DNA of 63,977 nucleotides, the filler included, from Choristocarpus tenellus KU-1152 (lineage: Eukaryota; Protista; Phaeophyceae): assembly GCA_964200185.2 (NCBI GenBank). It is 9 parts of 9 records of this genome, joined end to end, with 100 filler letters (N's around TTAATTAATTAA, not from the genome) between each part and the next. Parts side by side here need not be neighbours in the genome. Positions count along the whole stretch, not along the records: positions 45,214 to 63,977 come from CAXNAD020000520.1; 8 more parts are not named here. One strand, 5' to 3'. Positions 52,745 to 63,977 of this stretch are shown here, in pieces. Made by a program: the position numbers and the translations under genes. Numbering within the stretch: position 1 is the first letter of the stretch; every line of letters starts with the position of its first letter. A model generated the notes under the pieces. That model was not told where the DNA came from. It saw nothing but the letters and a program-made list of their open reading frames with translations, and ran no database searches.

Positions 52745-54930
52745 GGCAATGTGCCTTAATGCCAGTTTCCTATACGCCAATATGATCTTGGTATCCTAGA
52801 CCTTACATGTTGTATTTCTAGACAATTTATTCTTTGTTCATTATGAGACCATATATTGGCCGTCCATGTTTGTTCAGTCCTTTCTGTATACCCCAATAAA
52901 AGCAATAAAGTGAGTAATCGAAGTGAGAGATCCAGCATATTTGACATTTCCTTGATGGAGCCCCCTCTACGAGCCTCGTCTTCAGCCAACAGACATGTGG
53001 ATTGGAGCCACATATCCCATCATGGCAAGCTTGCGGAGCGTTTTGTAACGTGTAGGTCCTAACTTGTATCTTCAAGTCGGAGAGAATACTCAGCTTACAT
53101 TATGGGACTTGTTGTTAGCTCATTGGGATGTCCTGTGCCCAACTCCATTTCCACTTCTCTCGAATTGAAGGGAAATGATCTGCATCGTCGCATCTATGGC
53201 TCAGGCACCACAATCCCAGCGAGGAATATAAACCTTGCGACCATGAGTTAATGCCCTCACTCAAGGTCACATCGATGGCCTATACTCCATATGACGACTT
53301 CAAGGCCTCTTTCTATGACCTTGAGATTGTGTAAGAGAGTGCAGGTTACCTAACTGTCTGCACCGGTTTGCGTCAATGACCTGCACTTGTGTGATCACGA
53401 CTTCCGGGTCTCTCCTTATGGCCTTGACGCTGTGTAATAGAGTACAGATCGCCTTACAGGTCGTATCAGTGGGCTGTCCTCCAGTGCATGGTCTCTCTCT
53501 ACGACCTTTACACTAGTCAAGAGTGCGAGTCGCCTTACTGTGTGTACCAGGTTGCATCAATGACTTGTGCCCCAGACCATGACCTCAGAGCCTCTCCCTA
53601 ATGAGGAAAAGATCTTGAGATAATGCTTGAGGGTGCTGGCAGCAATACTGCTGTGTGTTCAATGTGCCTCGATTTTCTGTAGAGTAGGTTCGATCTTGTT
53701 CGCATACTCACTCTTGCTGTCCGTTAGTGCTCTTGGTGTTTTTTTGCGCTCTTCTGCGTTGCAATTGCCGCTTTCAGGTACAGAAGAACAAGCAGTTCGA
53801 TCTGTCACAACTCAGGCGCAGGTAGCTAAGGGAACACAAGGTGTGCTTTGTCTGTGACCCACAGATACCCCTGTCAAGGTGGCACAAGGAAAAGGGATAG
53901 AGACTGAATACTTGGGCTGAGTACCTCAACAGAGAGACAAAAGGATGGCAGGACAAGCCAGATATTTTCAGTCTTCGGGAGCAGCGAACAAGAGCACGCT
54001 GGGGATAGCAATAGGGGGGGGGGAATTGTTACATATCGATGAGTGGGCCAAACAAAACCTACTGGATTTGGCTGCAATGAGGAGAGGGTCTATCTATGAC
54101 AGTACCCAGTTTTTGGGTGACTGTGAGACATTAATTGTCTCTCTTGCATTTATTTGTGTTTTTAATTCTAAAGGGGAAGAGTATTTCTATGGCAGTACCG
54201 TATTTCGATGTTATTGTGATGTTTGCATCTGTCTTCATTTGAGTTTATATATCTATCTGAAGGGGGAGAGTCTTTGTATGACAGTACCCCATTTAGACAG
54301 AGTATGAGACTCTGGTGTAGGAGGTTTTTTCTTGAAGGTTGAGTCAAATGCAGAGTGAGTCCTGTGAGGTACAGGTGTCACACTAGCATACCTGTAGTCA
54401 GGGCAAACATTGAAAAGGGGTTTATCCTCCAGGTTCCCTCCTCCACTAGATCCCCAACATTGCCTAACTGGTATGTTAGGACCTGGAAGTGACATTTGTT
54501 TCATTTCTGCTACTTTCATGATAGGATAAGGAGTGACATCTTTGTCCAATCGCCTTTTCTTCACATTGAAGCAGTCATGCTTAATGCTGGGGGGGCATGT
54601 CACAGGCTATGTGCCTTCATGGCGGTTTCATAAATGTCGATATGACCTTGAAGTCCTAGATCTTATATGTTGTATTTCTAGACTATTTATTTATTCATTT
54701 TTCATTGTCATGCCATATATTGGTCATGCATGTTTGTTCGGTCCTTTCTTTATACCCCAATGAAAGCAATAAACTCGATAATCGAAGTGAGAGATGCAGA
54801 ATATTTGATCATATTTCCTTCATGGAGCCCTCTACGAGCCTCGTCTTCAGTCAACAGGCTTGTGGAGATTGGAGCTACATATTCCATGATGGTAAGCTTG
54901 CAGAACCTTTTGTAACACGATCTCTAGTTT
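52745..54930 (-). repeat. Two diverged ~330-bp direct repeats (52745-53070, 54600-54930), possibly piggyBac transposase N-terminal relics
   Basis: Clear DNA similarity between the copies; minus strand reads (E/H)FIAFIGV...NIW...SRN, like the piggyBac ExxAFIG...YW...MSRNRF block. Confidence 0.55.
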
Positions 54931-55267
54931 GCTGAAGGTGTGCATGGGCAATAGCATTGAGGGGGTTCAGCATATTGGCGAACAGGCCCTCGTGGAATCA
55001 CTCGTGAAAAGAAATGCTGCTTTGGTGTAGAGTGGAGGGACGTTGCTGTGACTGTGCAGCAAAAGAGGGAGCATTGTGTTCGTGGAGGAAATGAGATGGC
55101 ACGTCCATCAAAACCTTCATTCCCCTTCATAGTTCCTCCTGGGCTCATCTGGTTAGCGGTCTCAAAGAGGTGGAGACTTGTACAAGAGATGGGTCAGGTA
55201 TGCAATAGGTTGTACCTGACTTGAACCCAAACCAATTGCGAGGTAGGCAGGTTTTGACCCTTTTGAA

Positions 55268-55524
55268 GAGTGAAATTATCTTAGAGGGTACGAGTGTTGC
55301 CCTGTTTGTCCATTTGGGGCTTGACTTCTCATGTTTTTTATAATGACATTTTCCTACTCCAAAATGTTTCAGAGTAGATAAAATGTGTACGTTATGAAAA
55401 TGTGTCTGGAACAAGGATACTGACACTTCCTAACAAACACGATAGCCAAAAGTAAATCAAAATCACAGCATTGGATTTTGGTCTCCAAATGAACGCGGCC
55501 ACACCCTCTATGAGACTTTGACTC
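55268..55524 (-). mobile_element. MITE family A full copy
   Basis: tgaa|GAGTGAAATTATCTTAGAGGGT...ACCCTCTATGAGACTTTGACTC|cgaa. Confidence 0.9.
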
Positions 55525-56109
55525 CGAACTCCAAGCCATCTTTCCGGCACTGTGCATTACACTCTATTTCGTTACTTGATGTGGATAATAAATAGTGTAT
55601 GCAAAAATGGTATTCCCATTTCCACACACAAAACGACATCACAATTCAGCAAAGACTCTTTTTACAATTGTACAAAATGACATATTTTTTCCCTTTCTCG
55701 GAATCCTCAAAATGCAGCCCGGCCTGACCTCTCGTTTGATTTGACTCTTGCTCTTCGCAATGTTCCCCGTCACCTCAAATGGTTTGCTGTGCTGTTGGAA
55801 GTATTGTCTCCACCACAGTGAGGAACACTATGACCAGTATTTGATATGCTAGGGTAAAAGATCGTTGCAAGTGCAGTCTATGCCCTTGCCTTCAGAGCCT
55901 GCCAAACATGGCCAGTGGAAGCGCAGCAGTCACCACAGAATGGGGATTGATTCCATGCATGTGCTGCTAAAGCATGTTGCAGTTAAGAGATAGCGAAGAA
56001 TAATTGTGGCAGATAGTTGGACTCTGTGGCGTGTGAGCTTGGAGAGGCGTAACTTGCTATCACATATTTTGATGAGGACCCAACGGAGCTAGCCTGAAAT
56101 GCTTACTAC

Positions 56110-56340
56110 TCTTCTTGCTCAGTGGGTGGTTTGTTAAGGCTGTATGTAGTATAGGTACTTATGAACGAGACGAGGATACAATTGTGCCCATGTGATTTGC
56201 ATATATGGCATGTCTTGTGATCACAATTGACAAAAACCCAAATACTTAATATTTTTCTTGCTCAGTGGGTGGTTTGCTAAGGCTGTATGTAGTATAGGTT
56301 CTTACGAACGAAGCGAGGATACGATATGTCCCTGTGATGA
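56110..56340 (+). repeat. Local ~85-bp direct duplication
   Basis: tcttgctcagtgggtggtttg(t/c)taaggctgtatgtagtatagg at ~56114 and ~56256. Confidence 0.85.
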
Positions 56341-56432
56341 TGCTTGCATGTATTCGTAGCAAGAACAATGTTCTTTCCCTGCAAAATTCGTGTTCCCCTG
56401 TGATATAATTCGAATCCATCCGGAAACTTTGA

Positions 56433-56613
56433 CACCCAAAGTATCTGGGGGGGTGGGGGTGGTCTACACCAGGGTGTCCATTTGGGTCAAAAGCAGGAAA
56501 AGCACATTTACAGTTTTCATCCGACATATGCAACCAAATCGCCCAAAATTCGCGACAGGAAGAAATTGACCCCAAATGGACAGCTGCCACCTCTCCCCCA
56601 GGTACTTTGAGCC
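56433..56613 (+). mobile_element. MITE family B full copy
   Basis: CACCCAAAGTATCTGGGG...CCCCAGGTACTTTGAGCC. Confidence 0.88.
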
Positions 56614-59015
56614 TCTATGTGGAAATGTTCACTGTATGACAAAGGGAACTGCGTTGAATGGTCCACAACCTTGCTCAAGGTCTGCACACAGATATAACCA
56701 AGGGGAACAATTATTACCCTTCATCAACTGCATTCAAAGAAGACAACTTTGTGCGTCTGAGGTACCAAGAGCAGGCGAAATGTGGTGTGTGTGGAAGAAG
56801 GAAGAAGTGTTTCATTGCTCAAGTTGCATCCTGCATTGTAAATCTTGAAGGGATGGGACTAGGCACTGTCATGGGGGCATCATAATGAAGCAGGCACAAG
56901 GTGTCTTCATGGTCAATCAAAACACGAAGGAGTCTGTGCATGCGTTGTACAAAAACGCTCTCTGCATGACCGCAAAGAATGAACAAGAACTGAGCCATCA
57001 ATGCACTCATAGCTCTTATCATAGGACTAACCCAGTACCATGAATCCACAATCTCTGCTAATTCTTTCACCGCCATCGAGAAAGACTAAAAGCTCCTCAA
57101 ACTATAGTCCTTTCTCCTCTCCAAGGCCCCACATCACAGCTCACTTTAAGCCCATAGTATTGTACAAAAGTGCTTCAGCGGCAGCCAAAATCTCCTGGCA
57201 GGCCCAACCCATGACACTTTCTGCCTGCCCAATCCCCCCTTCTTTCTCTGCGACCTCGTCTACCATCCTCAGCGCCTTCACCATACCTTCCCAACTTCTC
57301 ATTTCCCTGTCAATCCTCTAACCTTGACAGTAAAAACGCCTCAATCCCTCATGTTGCCTGATCCTATCATTCCCCTCTATGCAGATTTACTTGGCAGACT
57401 GCTATTTGTATGTAGTGAACTCTTGAGCAGGATAATAAGGACAAAAGTTGAGAAAGGGATAAGATGGGACCCTCACACAGTCCCCTTGAAAAACATGAAA
57501 ATGCGCATGGTTATAGAACAGAATAGTGACCTGGGGTGGTTCTCTTGTTTATGTGTCTCTCAAAACATCAATTTTTCCTTGCCATGGACCTACCATCACC
57601 ATGTGTGAACTGCCTCTCTCAATGAGCACAAACACATACTGGTGACCTTGCATGAACTGCCTCTTTCAATGAACACGATCGCAAGTTGGTGACCATGGAT
57701 AAGCTGTCATGCCCTTACTAGGTTGACCACACCATCATCCAGTCCTTCCCTAATACCCAAAGCGACCCACTGCATCTTAGAGGGGGGGTCAGTCGTTCAT
57801 TCGCAACATATGTGAACTTGTAGTTATTTCTGTACCATCTGAGTGGATTTATCAGATTTAAGGGCAATTCTCTTCATCTGAACACACAATCCTTTTCCAT
57901 ACTCCTGCCTGAACCAAATCCGAAGAAAATCGTCCACAGGTCAGGCATCATTCACAGGTCAGGAATCAAACCGGGGTATCTCACAACACCCTAACCCTAA
58001 GCTTGAATGAACAACATGCCATAAACAACCCCACCATACCCAAAGCACAACATTTTCGTGGGTCAAGATCAGACATCTCTCTGCTGGCACATGTGACTTC
58101 CAAGAGGCCAAGCTAGTGACTCCAGGGCAAGTAATGTTTGAACTGAGCAAACTTAGTATGGACTTTATGGGGAAGTAAGACGTGATCAACACGACTGAAG
58201 TTGATGACGGGGACAATAACGAGAAGGGCTTGGATGGAGGGTTACAATCAAGATTTTGACAGTGAGCCAATTTGATGCTGCGGGCAACATTGGCATGCAT
58301 GCACATGCCAGAGACATGTGTGACTCTCCTGCTGAGTATAACTACAGTCAGTCATCACAATGGTGTTGGTAGCCACATATTCATTGAAGCAAGCACATCA
58401 CTGCAGGGTCCACGTTTCAGCACGGCTGCTAGTCCGTAGAAAACAACATTCAAATTATCAACCAGAAAATACAGCATATTCAATCGGGAGTTTTGCACCT
58501 GTCAGGTTCAGCGAAGGCATCTCCGCCATCCCCACAATACCACAGCCAAATAGCAATGTGATTCACCTCAGTTCAATAGATATCAATATTCAAATGCGGC
58601 CTTCTTCAAGTGACACCAGGTGCAGATTAGTGAGGATATCAAATAGTATGTTACTATGCACTACTTAGAAACAACACAAAGGCAGCATATTGTTTCCTCA
58701 TGTCATCCAAAGGCTAACTGTATCTGCCATTCAGAGAACAGTTTGCCTGTCTGAGCAACTGAAAAGTTGTAATGCGACCCTACTAAACCAAAACGCGTCC
58801 TCCCTTTACTGGATTACTTCTGTACTATAGGTGTTTGAACTTCGAAAAATTCCACCTCAGGGATATTGCTGCATTCAATCACCATGCTTCCCAAGCAATT
58901 GACCTACATGTGAACCACCTAAAGAGTACCACAGTCACCACACCCTCCCTGATCAAGTGTACACTGCATTAAGCATACCTATCGAGATAAATTATATATG
59001 CGCCTGGTGATAGTC

Positions 59016-59939
59016 CTAGGTGAATGTTCCCAGAAATGTGAGTCGATTCAGGGATGTTGGCCAGACTATCTCATCCACTTTCTGTTCAAACCAGTACCCA
59101 AAGGTCAACTGTTCGAGCGTCTTCGGCCAAATTACTCTGCTCACCGATTGGTTGAAATTACTCCCAAAGGTCAGCTCCTCGAGTCCAGGAGGCCATAACA
59201 CCCCATCAACAGGTTGGTTGAAATGATCTCCAAAGGTAAGCTGCTTGAGTCCTGGTGGCCATGTCACACCACGTATTGCTCTATTAAACAAACGTCCAAA
59301 TACAATTTTTTCGAGACCACTGGGCCACACCACCCCGATCAAAGGTTTGTTGAAGTTGCGGCAAAAAGTTACATGTTTAAGACTTGTGGGCCAAGTCACG
59401 CCATCTAGGGTCTGGTTGAAGGCGCGTCCAAATATCAGTACCTCCAGACCCATGGGCCAAGCAAACCCATCAACCTTCTGGTTGAAACGCTCTCCAAACA
59501 CCAACTCCTTGATATCCGGTGGCCATGTTATCCGCTCTACCCCAGCATGCCGCCGTCCGGGATGTCGAAGCAACTTTCCACTTGGGGCATTCTGTCTTGG
59601 AAGGTGATCGTTGAATTGCGACCCAAATACAATAACCTTCAAGCCAACCGGCCATGCTAACCTCAACACAAGACTTTCTATGGACGAATCCCACGTAATT
59701 TTGGTGACCCGTGGGAGATGAAGCCTTGATTCGAGGATATCCTCACCCATACCCTGTACAGTCCTTACCCACAACGACGTTGGAGTGTTGTTGGAGACGA
59801 TTAGGTGGTAGGGTCTATTCTCCCTGCAATCTGTACAGAGTCGAAGCGATGTCAACTGCAGTTCCTTGACCTCTGGTAGCTCAATCCATCCGAAAATGAC
59901 TGCAGTTAGCAGAGCATCTGTGCTTGCATTCCGTGACAT
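59016..59939 (-). CDS. Intronless FNIP-repeat protein (22-aa repeats)
   Basis: About 8 repeats FNQxxxGVxWPxxLxxLxFG; single 307-aa ORF with an F-box-like N-terminus. Confidence 0.9.
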   Translation of the reverse strand: MSRNASTDALLTAVIFGWIELPEVKELQLTSLRLCTDCRENRPYHLIVSNNTPTSLWVRTVQGMGEDILESRLHLPRVTKITWDSSIESLVLRLAWPVGLKVIVFGSQFNDHLPRQNAPSGKLLRHPGRRHAGVERITWPPDIKELVFGERFNQKVDGFAWPMGLEVLIFGRAFNQTLDGVTWPTSLKHVTFCRNFNKPLIGVVWPSGLEKIVFGRLFNRAIRGVTWPPGLKQLTFGDHFNQPVDGVLWPPGLEELTFGSNFNQSVSRVIWPKTLEQLTFGYWFEQKVDEIVWPTSLNRLTFLGTFT

Positions 59940-60282
59940 GCTTGCAACCGGTTCTCCTTCTAGTGAAAGGCAGCCTTCATTCGACTATATTTGAAAACTG
60001 AGATGTTAACCACAATAATCATTAACAAACGATACCTCACACGAGACCGCGCGCGGACTTCGCTTCTCACAAGAATGAGGGTTGAGTGAACTCATCACCA
60101 CATCGATGGCGGTAAATAAATGGGTCAACAGATACATATGATGAAGACAGAACACGAAGACCCAGCACTCACTCCAATACCCAACACCAGCACAAAAACA
60201 GCCTAACTCTGTCTGTACTTCGACTCATGGTATTAATACATCCTACGGTCATGGAGCAACCTCCAACAACAGGTTCGACATT

Positions 60283-60506
60283 TAACAGCCGATTTCAAAA
60301 ATTGAGGATCGAGCTTTTCATTGAGGATGGGCTTGTCCCAAGATTGACTGGGATAAAGTGTCGATATATATTTTTTTGTATTGTATGTTGTGTGTCAATG
60401 TGTGTCAACACAAAAATATATATATCGACACTTTATCCCAGTGAATTTTGGGTCAAGCCCATCCTCAATGAAAAGCTCCATCCTCCATTTTTGAAATCGG
60501 CTGTTA
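60283..60506. mobile_element. Foldback MITE with ~95-bp inverted arms, flanked by TA (Tc1/mariner-like)
   Basis: ta|acagccgatttcaaaaa...gataaagtgtcgatatata and tatatatcgacactttatc...tttttgaaatcggctgt|ta. Confidence 0.88.
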
Positions 60507-60560
60507 TTTACGACTACAATACTCTGGATATAATCCTATCGGGACATAGTACACCTCTTC

Positions 60561-60565
<5 letters not shown>

Positions 60566-60601
<36 letters not shown>
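60566..60601. repeat. (CT)n microsatellite
   Basis: Seen directly. Confidence 0.9.
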
Positions 60602-60605
<4 letters not shown>

Positions 60606-63600
60606 ATCGAATCTTCCACCACCATTATTAGGAAACTACAGCTTTAAGCACGTTGCGTTTCTGACAGGACACATGATCAAACGAGATGTATTATTGTTTT
60701 AAAGGCCTTACTTAAAAGGGAGAGCAGACACCAATAATCGATCTATTTATTTTTCATACTCTACCAAAAATAAAAAGTGCCCTCACCCTTGAGGTCAATA
60801 GCACCTACTACTGCTGGTACCAAAGACACTATTACTTTTGGTAAATAATGCAGTACGCACTAGAGTAGTACCATGAGATCCTTCGCACTGTTGTGCCTAT
60901 TATGTGCATTATTTTCTTCCAACTCTATAATATATGCATGTCTCACTGATCATATTTGCCTAGCCAAGTTGACATATAAAGGACTGCAGTACGCGGTAGG
61001 AACCAAAAATTGGATAGGGTAACACAAATATTCCTTTCCATGGAAAATACTGCTGCCCCAGACCACATCAATTACAGAGCCATTGTTTCTAAGTTTGAAT
61101 GTCCGTGGTTTTATCGCGATATAGGCTCGCTTGGTTCAGAATTGTCTCATAATTAGTACGTTATACTAACGACTTTGACTCTCAAGTATGCCATTTTCAC
61201 CACCATTCTTGATAATAGGGTGATTATTTTATTATAGGGTGATCGCAGCATTCTCAAACGCCCTTTACGTCTACTTTCGTTTTTGGAGAGTAATAATATT
61301 ACGTGGCGTGAAGAATACGGTAGGAATTACAATTCTCTATAAACGAAAACATTCGAATTCGGATTCATGGTTCATATCTAGTCGTATATTAATATTAGAG
61401 AATCAATTCTGGGTCTTGATGTCCACATGTTTGAGATGTTATCTATGTGTCAATGGAATTTTCTAGAAGCGTTGTAAGTGTTCAGGTTCAGTGATTCCTT
61501 CTACAACAAGGAATAGGTGAAAAACCAAGCCCTAGCATCTATAATAATATCCTCTTCCCTTTTCACCATCTCATCACTTTCAGTAGAAAGGAACAATGTA
61601 AGGATGTCATCTCTTTCTTTTCTCTTTTTTATACTTACACAAACAACAGTCTAACCTGCACACCTACCAACTGAGAACAACTCAGTCAGTCATCTTCATC
61701 CAACCAAACCCAAGCCCTACCTCAACTTCAACCGTCATCCCCACTTGATATTTCCTTAGTTCATGGAACTAAAGGACGGTTAGGTCAGAGTGCAGGGCAA
61801 CTCCTGACAAAAGGGCATAGGACATTCTTAACAGAATTGCATACTTCTTCTGATCAATGTAGTGATTAATCCAATACTATTCTACTTGGAATTATTCTGA
61901 GTACTAATTTGATGGGGATGCGTGTGTAACCAATGATAATAATGCATACCGTTCAGAGGTAGAATATGATCGTATCTACACAACAGTAGTGATTACACGC
62001 AAATCGACTGACAAGTCAAAGATATCGATGCCTAATGGTGATCCGATTTCAAGGTGGTATACACTACCACGTTTCGGTCGGATTGACGGTTGAGGATGAA
62101 ATCAATGCGAAAGTGTCTGTGCTTCTTAGGTTCCACATCGGTGTGAGACTCTGTACCCTTTGGAGAACTGAAACTTATGTTGACGAGTACAAGTGCATTC
62201 ATCTCTGCAAACTTCACTAGGTGTCCATCATTTTTGTTCAGCTTCCACCAAAGCCGTAAGGGTTCAAGAAGTAAAATGTCCCTACCCCCTCGCCCTGACC
62301 TCTCATTCTATTAATAGTGCAAATTAGGTGTTCCGACTCAATAATTATCACGGACAGACAGGCAGATACTCCAGAGTTGAATGTCTCATTAAAACACATG
62401 AAACACACATCTCTACCATCAAAAGTCTCGTGCACTTTAAAAGTAGTTCTCTTATGGAGTTTATGAAAAGCTCAAATAAATCAGTAAAAAATCCTCTGGA
62501 ATACCTGGGGGACATGCATTGGTTCAGGAATCAGCTGGTGCGAAGTTTGCAGGAACAGGAGATCCCAACCCCAAACTCCGGAGTTGGATTCGCATCTATT
62601 TCATGAAGATGCCGGATGTCAGTTGTGCACTTCCTCACAATCTAATTTTATCGAGGGAACCATCTATTAATAGACATTTTGGTCAAGGTAGCTCTACCAA
62701 CCTCACTTAGTGCTTGTATAGTTAACTCTCCGTTGTGAAGGGTGTTCACGTTTGTACAGCATGGCAGCAAAAAATACCATAGCAAGTGAGCGGAGGTCTG
62801 GTTTGAGTCATCAGCACACATGCCTGTTGGGGGCTTCATTTTCTGGGTAAAAATATCCAGTTACCACATCGCAAGGCAATTAGGGGGAAAAGGGCCTGCT
62901 GAAAATTGGGAGCCCATTTTAAGAGATTGGAGGACCTTAAAATGGAAGCGGTCATAGATTGTTCTTGCCCTAGCACTACGTATCACCACTCCAAATGTCC
63001 GCAGTTGAAGAAATATCTCCTCCCTTTGGAATAACAAGATTCCACACAATAAATCTGATTCCTTGGACCAGCTTACTCCGATTCCGAGGCGATAAGATTG
63101 CTAGGATGTTTCCACAGGGAACCAAGCTTGTCACGATATTTTGTGTAAATCCTTCTTTTCCCCCTCTCTCATATTTTTCTGTGTCCTAGTGCTGGACCTA
63201 CCAAGCTATCCACACAATCCCAGACATCCCTAAAGTGATTCGTGTTGTTGTGAGCCAAAGTGAATCAAAGGTACCCGGAGTTACGTTTTCAAAGAAAGTG
63301 ACAAAATTGTCCAAAATTTCGAAGAAAAAAAAAAGACTACAGATGTGCACAAGTTACTTTCTACATTGTGTCACAATCTTTTTTCACACAATAGAACAGT
63401 AAACGCTGCTCTCAAGCCAAACCTAAACCTGATCCATAGAAGTAGTGTGGGTGAATCGCAAAAGGATTGAACAACAGACTTGAAATGTGAAACTGCCAAG
63501 AACTAACTACCTCTCATTTCCTTCGGCTCTGTGGATTAACCAGCTTGTCCTTGCGCCTGCTGTAGCGAACCAAATGTGTTCCTGGATAAATCTCGATCAC

Positions 63601-63911
63601 TACTATCTACATTGAAGAGTACAGATAACAGCATCCATCCGACAAACCGCAGCAGGAAAATATAACACATTTTCCTACGGAGCTATCAATACATTAGATA
63701 CATTATTTCGTCGCAATGTTACTGCCCAGGACTTACGTGCTTTGCAGTCCTTCATTGAGTGTCCTTGTACCCCATTTAAATCACATAATTCTTCTGTGTT
63801 TCACTTATTGTGTAACCCTATGATGCTTTATTTCATTACAACAGAGATCCCCTGAAAATGCCCCTTCACCCTCCTCCTCCTCCCCCTCCTCCTCCTCCTC
63901 CTCCTCCTCGT

Positions 63912-63977
63912 GACCCAAAGTATCTGGGAGGGGGGGGGAGGTCTACACCAAGGTGTCCATTTGGACCAAAATCAGGA
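63912..63977 (+). mobile_element. MITE family B copy truncated by window end
   Basis: GACCCAAAGTATCTGGG...gtctacaccaaggtgtccatttgg. Confidence 0.85.

Noticed and set aside
56640-56890. CGVC Cys motif as a possible Fanzor/TnpB zinc finger
   Set aside because: No RuvC motifs or long ORF nearby
62000-63300. Cluster of short ORFs suggesting a decayed gene
   Set aside because: No recognisable domain or consistent splice pattern

Overview
Eukaryotic, intron-rich nuclear DNA, most likely a brown alga (Phaeophyceae) or close relative: the Lhcf/FCP C-terminus QMGILAMMVHEELSNQPYIINDLVGASYSFN is brown-algal in type, and a heterokont-type DRP5B and TTAGGG repeats are present. The window is nine contigs joined by an artificial N-TTAATTAATTAA-N linker, so adjacency across gaps has no biological meaning. 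Spliced genes rebuilt by hand from GT-AG exons: RPB12, a TBC-domain protein, a metacaspase with its p10 domain first (type III), EMC2, an EEF1AKMT4/METTL13-like methyltransferase (3' part), an FCP 3' end, a transgelin/calponin-like protein, a disrupted tandem-BRCT gene and the plastid-division dynamin DRP5B/ARC5. Two intronless genes encode giant-virus-type repeat proteins (ANGCPW ankyrin and FNIP). The intergenic DNA holds two related MITE families; family A has GAG termini and 4-bp TSDs (Sola-like) and includes a self-nested copy. It also holds foldback elements, decayed piggyBac and Copia coding relics, and microsatellites. No CRISPR array, rRNA or intact tRNA was seen.
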